From: a virus
Lineage: Duplodnaviria > Caudoviricetes
Length of the DNA stretch: 40,989 nucleotides
IMG/VR virus record: IMGVR_UViG_3300032295_001980
Location: 1 to 40,989 of that record
Reading direction: 5' to 3' (one strand)
The notes beneath the pieces are model-generated. The model ran no database searches and had not been told where the DNA came from. It saw nothing but the letters and a program-made list of their open reading frames with translations. The first letter of the stretch is position 1; each line of letters opens with the position of its first letter. Below are positions 35,374-40,989 of the stretch, one piece after another. Made by a program: the position numbers and the translations under genes.

Positions 35374-36551
35374 TACTTCTTTCCCTTCTTCACGATACCG
35401 CCCTTTTTGAAAGCGGGCATAGGCTTACCGGACGGCTTCGCCTTCGACTTGGGCTTGGCGACAATGCCGCCCTTCATCATCTTCTTCGGAGCGGACTTTA
35501 CCATGCCGCCCGCCTTCTTCGCAACCGGCTTGGCCTTCGGCTTCACCATGCCACCCTTCTTATATGCCCTTTCAGAATCGGCTCCCGTCATACGACGAAC
35601 GTCACGATCCATTGCTGCCCGGTCAGCACGGGAATATGCGCGGTTGCGCGACCCAATTTCATCGACAGTTGCCGCCGGTCCTATAATTGTAGCATAACGT
35701 GGCTGGGCGCGCGGATCACCTATGTCCTCGCTACGGTCCCCAATGCCGCGTGGGTCAGTGGTTCGCTGGGGACGCTGTGGAGCGCGGTATCGCATGCCAG
35801 ACATGCGCTCAGAGCGGGCAATTTCTTCAGCGGCGCCTTGCTCACTTTCAATGGCGGCATTGCGACGTCGGGAGTTTTCAGCCTCGCTTGCCGTGATGCC
35901 TGCCCGCCCCGCACGAACACGGCCACCTTCCTGATACTTCACCATGCCGCCCTTCTTGAAGGCAGTGCCCCGCCCCTCAAGTTCCTGCTGACGGCCCCTC
36001 ATACGCATCTGAGCAACTCGCTCTTCGTCGGTGGCCGGCTCGGCGCCCATCATCAGGTCGTTGAGGCGATCCGCAGAAATCTCACGGGGAGCCGGAGCCG
36101 CAGGACGAGGACGCGGACGAGATGGTTCGGCGGGGCGAGGGGCTTCCGCGACCGGGCGCGGGGCAGGGGCTGCCTCTGTGGCGGCGCGGGAGGCCGTGGC
36201 GGCTTGGGCGGGTTCGGGCGTGGCAGCGGGACGGGCAGCAGGTGCGGGGCGGTTAGCCATGCCGGCGCCAACGGGAGCATTGGTAATCCGGCTAGGACCG
36301 CTTGTCAGGGCGCGGAGTTGGGCGGCACGACGTTCGAGAAGGGCACGCTCCTCGGCATCAAAAGCGGCGGCAGCTTCTGCGGCCATGCGTTCGCGGTCTT
36401 CCTGCTCGCGGGGGCCGCCCACAGAACCCCGAATGCGGGGACCCGTAACCTGGGGCCGCGTGAAGAAACGTCGAAGGCCGGCGCCAACTGGCTCATTTGT
36501 AATCGAGGAGCGAACGGCGCCGCCCTCCTGGAACTTTACTTTGCGCTTCAC
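35373..36551 (-). CDS. GG-motif repeat protein (392 aa), largely disordered
   Basis: Seven xxxGGx[VI] motifs; GTGA and TAATG coupling to its neighbours. Confidence 0.8.
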   Translation of the reverse strand: MKRKVKFQEGGAVRSSITNEPVGAGLRRFFTRPQVTGPRIRGSVGGPREQEDRERMAAEAAAAFDAEERALLERRAAQLRALTSGPSRITNAPVGAGMANRPAPAARPAATPEPAQAATASRAATEAAPAPRPVAEAPRPAEPSRPRPRPAAPAPREISADRLNDLMMGAEPATDEERVAQMRMRGRQQELEGRGTAFKKGGMVKYQEGGRVRAGRAGITASEAENSRRRNAAIESEQGAAEEIARSERMSGMRYRAPQRPQRTTDPRGIGDRSEDIGDPRAQPRYATIIGPAATVDEIGSRNRAYSRADRAAMDRDVRRMTGADSERAYKKGGMVKPKAKPVAKKAGGMVKSAPKKMMKGGIVAKPKSKAKPSGKPMPAFKKGGIVKKGKK

Positions 36552-36688
36552 TTCTTGGGTTCCTTCTTAGACTTGCCGGCCGCACTCAGGGCGATAGCGA
36601 TGGCTTGTTTCTGGGGGCGACCGCTTCTAATTTCGCGGCGGATGTTCTCCGAGATAGTCTTCTGCGAGGTGCCCTTCTTAAGCGGCAT
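36548..36688 (-). CDS. Small basic conserved phage protein (46 aa)
   Basis: MPLKKG.SQKTIS.NI..E...G.P.KQA.AIALS.AGK. Confidence 0.75.
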   Translation of the reverse strand: MPLKKGTSQKTISENIRREIRSGRPQKQAIAIALSAAGKSKKEPKK

Positions 36689-37187
36689 GGAGAGCTTCCT
36701 TCTCAGTTTCGTCGACACGCCGCAGCCAGCCACGGCCGAAAGTCGGGAACGTCTTCAGGCTCTTATAGAAGTCGCGCCGTTCCTCGGACACCTTGGCAAT
36801 CAGGTCGGCAGGGTCGGCGGCGTTGATGGCAGCCATGCTCTTAGGGCCAAGCGCCCCGTCCTCCACGGCTCCGGCGCCCCGCTGCATCAGCCTGACTGCC
36901 CGGCGAACGCCCTTGTTGACGGCCATGTCAAAGGCCAGCAGATCCACGCCCGACTTCAGTTCGTCGCAGCGTAGGGCGTCCCAATACTGGTCCTTATAAA
37001 TGGTGTTGACATCGGCGTCAGAGATGGCACGCAACTCGTCCTTGCTCATGGGCTTGCCCTTGAAGGCCGAGAAGGTAGCGAGCGTGATGCCCTTCATGGT
37101 GGCGCCGCCCGGGTCCTCTGGGTGATCGACATAGCCACCCTCATGCTTTAGAATCAGGGCCAACCACTTGGCGTAGTTCTCTTTCAC
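36678..37187 (-). CDS. Endolysin, glycoside hydrolase family 108 with C-terminal PG-binding domain
   Basis: [20 protein letters not shown]...YW, FD.AVN.G, DG..GP, FGRGW..R. Confidence 0.92.
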   Translation of the reverse strand: MKENYAKWLALILKHEGGYVDHPEDPGGATMKGITLATFSAFKGKPMSKDELRAISDADVNTIYKDQYWDALRCDELKSGVDLLAFDMAVNKGVRRAVRLMQRGAGAVEDGALGPKSMAAINAADPADLIAKVSEERRDFYKSLKTFPTFGRGWLRRVDETEKEALHAA

Positions 37188-37702
37188 TTGCGCACCATCT
37201 TACTCATTGCGTCACTCTTTTCCTTGGAGCCAGCGGAACTGCCAAAGTAATAGGCAACCACACCACCCCATGCCGTACCAAGCGTACCCAGCATAACCAG
37301 CATAGCCTCGGAGCCGCCCGTCGTAGGCAGGCCATTCAGCAACATGAAAAACAGCACCCCGAAATACCCAAGGGTGATCAGGCCCGCCAGCGCCTTGGGC
37401 GTCCAGTCCTTGGTCTTGATCTCCCGGTCGCGGGCGCTGTTGCGGTCCTCATTGGCGATGCGTTCCAGATCGACATCCAGTTCGCGCATCTGCACCGCGA
37501 AGTCCTGCTCGGCTTTCTTCAGGGCCAGCAACTGCTCGGGTGTCGCCTTGGCTGCCGCCTCGACAAGCTCGGCCTCGGTACCATCGGGCTTGCCCAGCAG
37601 GGCCTCAGAAATGGCACGGGTCGCCATGCCTGCCAGTGGTCCACCCACGGCAGTCGCAATGGACGGGGCTACGGTCCTAACGAGATTGAGGAGCGGTTCC
37701 AT
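37184..37702 (-). CDS. Putative holin
   Basis: APSIATA.GGPLAG.A, DR.SAR.RE, two hydrophobic helices and YYFGSS; adjacent to the endolysin. Confidence 0.7.
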   Translation of the reverse strand: MEPLLNLVRTVAPSIATAVGGPLAGMATRAISEALLGKPDGTEAELVEAAAKATPEQLLALKKAEQDFAVQMRELDVDLERIANEDRNSARDREIKTKDWTPKALAGLITLGYFGVLFFMLLNGLPTTGGSEAMLVMLGTLGTAWGGVVAYYFGSSAGSKEKSDAMSKMVRK

Positions 37703-38168
37703 TCCGGGACTCCAAGAGGGCCACGCGCCTGTCAAGCTCATTGATCATGCGGGTCAGGTCGGCCCGGATTGCAGCGCGGGCAGAAGCCGCATCGGCAGCC
37801 ATTTCAAGTCGGCCACGCTCGATGCCCGCCATGCTGCGTTCACGGTCCAGCGTCATGTTGCCACGGGCAATGGAAGCGTCGCGCTCCACCTGTTCAATCC
37901 GGTTGGACAGATGTTCGCGGATCTGGGCCATGTCGATGGTCGTGCCCTGCGGCGGGATGGCCCGGTTGTCTTGCGTCACAACCACCGCAATGCGGGACTT
38001 GAGGATCGTGATCTCGTTGTTGGCCGAAGACAGGGAGGTCATCAGGTACACGACGCAGCTAAAGAGAATCGGGATGGCCGCGAATACGACCTTCTCAATT
38101 AGTGCGCCCTTCGAGGCGTTGGCCGCCATCTGTTCGGACATTTGGGCTTGCTTGGCTGCGTCGGACAT
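37677..38168 (-). CDS. Membrane-anchored coiled-coil protein (lysis module)
   Basis: TM segment VVFAAIPILFSCVVYLM followed by heptads. Confidence 0.6.
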   Translation of the reverse strand: MSDAAKQAQMSEQMAANASKGALIEKVVFAAIPILFSCVVYLMTSLSSANNEITILKSRIAVVVTQDNRAIPPQGTTIDMAQIREHLSNRIEQVERDASIARGNMTLDRERSMAGIERGRLEMAADAASARAAIRADLTRMINELDRRVALLESRNGTAPQSR

Positions 38169-38169
38169 G

Positions 38170-38418
38170 CTAACAGTTCCACGCTTTTCTTGCTAGCCGG
38201 AGACGGCTCTTGGGATTCTTGGCGGCCTTCGGCCACATCTTCATCTGGCCGGCAGAGCGGGCACAGAACGAATCCCGGCGCGGGCCTCCCTCGGGTTGAG
38301 GAGCTTTGAGGCCCGGCTTACCGGGGTTCGCACGATTGTAGGAGGCACGGCCTTTGGCATTGAGCCCACCTTTAGGGTCTTTGCCTTCGGCCCGTTGCCA
38401 TGCCGGGGTCTTAGCCAT
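38170..38418 (-). CDS. DUF6321-like small basic phage protein
   Basis: AWQR.EGK.P.GGLN.KGR.SY....LKAP....RR.SFCAR.....SR...A...W.C. Confidence 0.75.
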   Translation of the reverse strand: MAKTPAWQRAEGKDPKGGLNAKGRASYNRANPGKPGLKAPQPEGGPRRDSFCARSAGQMKMWPKAAKNPKSRLRLARKAWNC

Positions 38419-38424
38419 ACCCCT

Positions 38425-38453
38425 ATTATATCACAGATTATACAGCCTTTCAA
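38425..38453 (-). promoter_or_regulatory. sigma70-type promoter TTGAAA-N17-TATAAT for the lysis/basic-protein operon
   Basis: 11/12 consensus; ATG 38418 lies only 6 nt after the -10 box. Confidence 0.75.
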
Positions 38454-39201
38454 TGGAGATGGACTCCACATCGAAGACCCCGGGCGCCGTGAAGTGCAGC
38501 AGGTGGAAGCCATTCCACCACAGCTTCTTGGCCGCCTTGGCGTAGGAGAAGTCCCCCTCGGGGTCCACGAAGCAGCCGCCCACCAGAGCATGCAGCTTGG
38601 CGCCATCCGCCTTGGTCCGGGTAGCCGTGGACAGCAGGTGCGAATGGCCGCAGACACACGAGATGTGCTGGGACTTCAACAGGTTATTGGCATGATGCTC
38701 GCCACCCTGCGGCCGACCCATGACCCCGGACACGAAGTAGTGCTGGAACACGGCCCCATAAATGGTGACCGGCTTCAGGAACGGGTGGTACTTGAGGTTG
38801 AAGGTAGGCCGGCGCTGGGCCACCAGTTGCTTCATGGTCTTCGGGAACTCCGACGTCAGCAGCCGATTGTCGGAAGCCATCCACGTGTTGTAGCGGTTCT
38901 CGTGGTTGCCCTCGTTGAAGTCGATAGGCGCACCCCCAAAGGCTGCGGCGATGGAGGCGATCCAGTCCAGCGCCTGAAAGCCGACCTCGATGTCCTCTTG
39001 GAGGGACCTATGCGACCAGCGCGGATCGTCCATGTCGTGGGTGCATAGCGAGCCGAAGTCCCACAGATCACCGATGTGGACCACCCGGTCCAGCACCACA
39101 TTGCGGTCTTCCAAGAACGCCATCATCTTGGCGAACCGATCCAGCTTGTCGCCCGGCATCGCATGCGTGTCGGGGATCAGCAGTACAGTCTTAGGTGTCA
39201 T
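38431..39201 (-). CDS. Calcineurin-like metallophosphoesterase
   Basis: PDTH, IGDLWD, GNHE, HY and GHSH motifs. Confidence 0.88.
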   Translation of the reverse strand: MTPKTVLLIPDTHAMPGDKLDRFAKMMAFLEDRNVVLDRVVHIGDLWDFGSLCTHDMDDPRWSHRSLQEDIEVGFQALDWIASIAAAFGGAPIDFNEGNHENRYNTWMASDNRLLTSEFPKTMKQLVAQRRPTFNLKYHPFLKPVTIYGAVFQHYFVSGVMGRPQGGEHHANNLLKSQHISCVCGHSHLLSTATRTKADGAKLHALVGGCFVDPEGDFSYAKAAKKLWWNGFHLLHFTAPGVFDVESISIERLYNL

Positions 39202-39590
39202 GGCGTAGCTCCTCGGCGGCGGGCCTGGCTGTCCAGATAAGAAGCCGTAAGGCCGGCGCTGGGGCGGTCATCGATCAGGTCGTCCGACAGGCGAGCGTCC
39301 ATGAGGATCAGAAGGCACGCCACGGCATGGGCCAGATGCGGCTGCTGGCTTTCGAAGTCGACGTTGTCGCCGTCCCACCATGTCATGATGTGGCGCATCG
39401 CCGCATTGTAATAGACGGACGCCGAGATCGGGTCGTGCCGCCAGTTCGTCAGGCCATACTTACGGATGCCCAGCCGCATGACCTCGCCCACCATAAACAG
39501 GGGTGCCACTGGGACACCCTCGATGCCGGGCTTCGACATGCCATAGACGGTCTTGGGATTGCCGTCCGGCAACTCCACTATCGGGTCCAT
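39198..39590 (-). CDS. DUF5664-like dATP/dGTP diphosphohydrolase domain protein
   Basis: NPK..G..K....VP, G..KYG..NWR, Y..A..RH...W.DG...D.ES..PHLAHA.AC..IL.D, DDRP. Confidence 0.85.
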   Translation of the reverse strand: MDPIVELPDGNPKTVYGMSKPGIEGVPVAPLFMVGEVMRLGIRKYGLTNWRHDPISASVYYNAAMRHIMTWWDGDNVDFESQQPHLAHAVACLLILMDARLSDDLIDDRPSAGLTASYLDSQARRRGATP

Positions 39591-39787
39591 CACAGCCCCC
39601 AGATCAGGGCAAGCACGCCGACGAACAGCGCCACCATGACGGCGACCAAGATGAGAACCAGACCCTTGTCGAGACGGCTCAACTTGGACCAGCCACGGGG
39701 ACGCACGTCTTCCTCGAAAGCCACCAGCACGAAGGCCAGCGTGATCAGCAGGATGACGGACGTGAACGCAATCTTCGTAACAAGCAT
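39590..39787 (-). CDS. Small two-TM membrane protein
   Basis: Two hydrophobic stretches; AGGAG upstream of ATG 39787. Confidence 0.6.
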   Translation of the reverse strand: MLVTKIAFTSVILLITLAFVLVAFEEDVRPRGWSKLSRLDKGLVLILVAVMVALFVGVLALIWGL

Positions 39788-39788
39788 C

Positions 39789-40247
39789 TTAGGCTCCTGT
39801 GCTACCAAGCCCGCCTTCGCCGCGAGCCGTTGTTGTAAGGTCAGTCACTTCCTCAACTTCAAGGTGTGCGACCGGCATGATCATAAGCTGGGCGATCCGC
39901 ATGCCCGGTTCCACCACAACGTAGTCCTCGCTGGGCCACTGCGGCGTGTAGGGCAGGCGCCCCAAGATCACCTTCAGTTCGCCCCGATAGTCCTCGTCGA
40001 TGATGCCCGGCGCGTTCAGCACGAAGATGCCATTCTTAGCGGCAAGGCCCGAACGCGAGCAGACCAGACCCACGTAGCCGGGTGGCAACTCGATGGCGAT
40101 GCCAGTGCCGATGACCTTCAAGGTTCGCATGTCGTCGAGAGAAGTAGTTTCGGCAGCGAACAGGTCATAGCAGGCAGCACCCTCGGTTGCTCGCATCGGG
40201 ATGTGAGCGTGGGGCGATAGCTTCTTGAACTTGACGGTGGGTTGCAT
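39789..40247 (-). CDS. dut: Trimeric dUTPase
   Basis: AACYDL, RSGLA, GIIDEDYRGE, RIAQL, RGEGGLGSTG (motifs 1-5). Confidence 0.95.
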   Translation of the reverse strand: MQPTVKFKKLSPHAHIPMRATEGAACYDLFAAETTSLDDMRTLKVIGTGIAIELPPGYVGLVCSRSGLAAKNGIFVLNAPGIIDEDYRGELKVILGRLPYTPQWPSEDYVVVEPGMRIAQLMIMPVAHLEVEEVTDLTTTARGEGGLGSTGA

Positions 40248-40258
40248 GGCGTCTCCCA

Positions 40259-40744
40259 TCATATGCCTAGCCACTGGCATTCCTTATACTTACCGAGTGG
40301 CATGGCGTCAAGCCCATAAATGCTTAGGGACTTCTTGTGGGAGGACGGCTTGACGTTCTTGTATATCTGAAGATAGGACAGCTTGGCGTCAGGGTATATG
40401 GCTGCCACCACGGGGCCGTAGAATTGCATCAGCTTCTGGCGCACGGGGCGCATCCAAGACAGCTTGATTTCTACGATGCAGATGTGGTCGTCGGCTAGCC
40501 GCAGCAGGGCGTCGGGCTGGCAGATACCGCTACGCTTGGGCGTCTGGTAGTAGAGCCAAGGCGAAGCCTCGACGGTTCCGTAAATGGCCTTGAGCTTCTT
40601 GAGGACGGCCTTCTCAAATGACAGGCCAGCTTGCTGGGCGGCAGTCCGCTTCGTCTTCTGGAACTCAGGGACGTAGTCAGCATACCGCCCAACAACTGGG
40701 GAGCCTAGCCGAATAGGGGCCGGGCGAAAACGCTTACCGTACAA
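40259..40744 (-). CDS. PD-(D/E)xK family nuclease
   Basis: G..FE..V, QPD, IVEIK. Confidence 0.65.
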   Translation of the reverse strand: MYGKRFRPAPIRLGSPVVGRYADYVPEFQKTKRTAAQQAGLSFEKAVLKKLKAIYGTVEASPWLYYQTPKRSGICQPDALLRLADDHICIVEIKLSWMRPVRQKLMQFYGPVVAAIYPDAKLSYLQIYKNVKPSSHKKSLSIYGLDAMPLGKYKECQWLGI

Positions 40745-40746
40745 GA

Positions 40747-40965
40747 TCAGTCCGGGCTAGGCAGGTGCCGGCAGAAGCCATCCTCAAGGAGGCGAAGCGT
40801 CAGCGCAAGTTCGGCTACGTCGATAGGCGAGGTCAGCATATGGAAGGCTTGATCGCCGTCGCCGTCAGCTTGGAAGGAGACGCCGCAGACGAAGTTCTTG
40901 ATGGTGTCTTTATTGTCCAACAGGAACGTCGCCAGATAAGCGATGGCGTCTTCTCGCTCGCTCAT
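40747..40965 (-). CDS. Hypothetical protein (72 aa)
   Basis: ATG after a GGAGG-like sequence; ATGA overlap with the end of an upstream frame. Confidence 0.55.
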   Translation of the reverse strand: MSEREDAIAYLATFLLDNKDTIKNFVCGVSFQADGDGDQAFHMLTSPIDVAELALTLRLLEDGFCRHLPSPD

Positions 40966-40989
40966 CTCCTCCGCCTCAGTGGTCGTGGG

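Noticed and set aside
34940-35960. Recurring short DNA repeats such as CATGCCGCCCTTCTT, superficially CRISPR-like
   Set aside because: They are irregularly spaced, degenerate at third codon positions and explained by the KKGGM protein motif. No cas genes are present.
35838-36974. Plus-strand ORFs opposite the basic-protein operon
   Set aside because: The minus-strand genes show start/stop coupling and recognisable motifs; the plus-strand frames do not.
1-40989. tRNA genes, introns, inteins, integrase, alternative genetic code
   Set aside because: None was recognised by eye. Intergenic gaps are very short, core genes are uninterrupted, and all three stop codons end genes normally.

Overview
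The window is a gene-dense, high-GC segment of a tailed dsDNA phage with podovirus-like architecture: there is no tape measure or tail sheath gene, but there are adaptor/nozzle genes and large ejection-type proteins. The GH108 endolysin and sigma70-type promoters suggest a Gram-negative host. On the + strand, in order: the 3' part of a class II (B12) ribonucleotide reductase, two acidic small proteins, an array of tail-fibre tip and chaperone genes plus a long coiled-coil fibre, a P-loop helicase-like ATPase, TerS/TerL, portal, GroES-like co-chaperonin, scaffold, capsid genes, tail genes, four putative internal/ejection proteins, and a two-gene glycosyltransferase/methyltransferase/Maf-like module. 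A convergent - strand block carries a PD-(D/E)xK nuclease, dUTPase, DUF5664-like diphosphohydrolase, metallophosphoesterase, lysis genes, and a run of very basic small proteins interrupted by an EndoVII-type homing endonuclease. The most unusual signal is a recurrent [FYM]-x-x-G-G-x-[VI] motif. It brackets strictly lysine-free, Arg-rich segments next to Lys-rich, Arg-free tails, and the putative ejection proteins are also strongly lysine-depleted. This is a candidate undescribed tagging or processing system for capsid-internal cargo. All family assignments come from motif recognition by eye; no searches were run.
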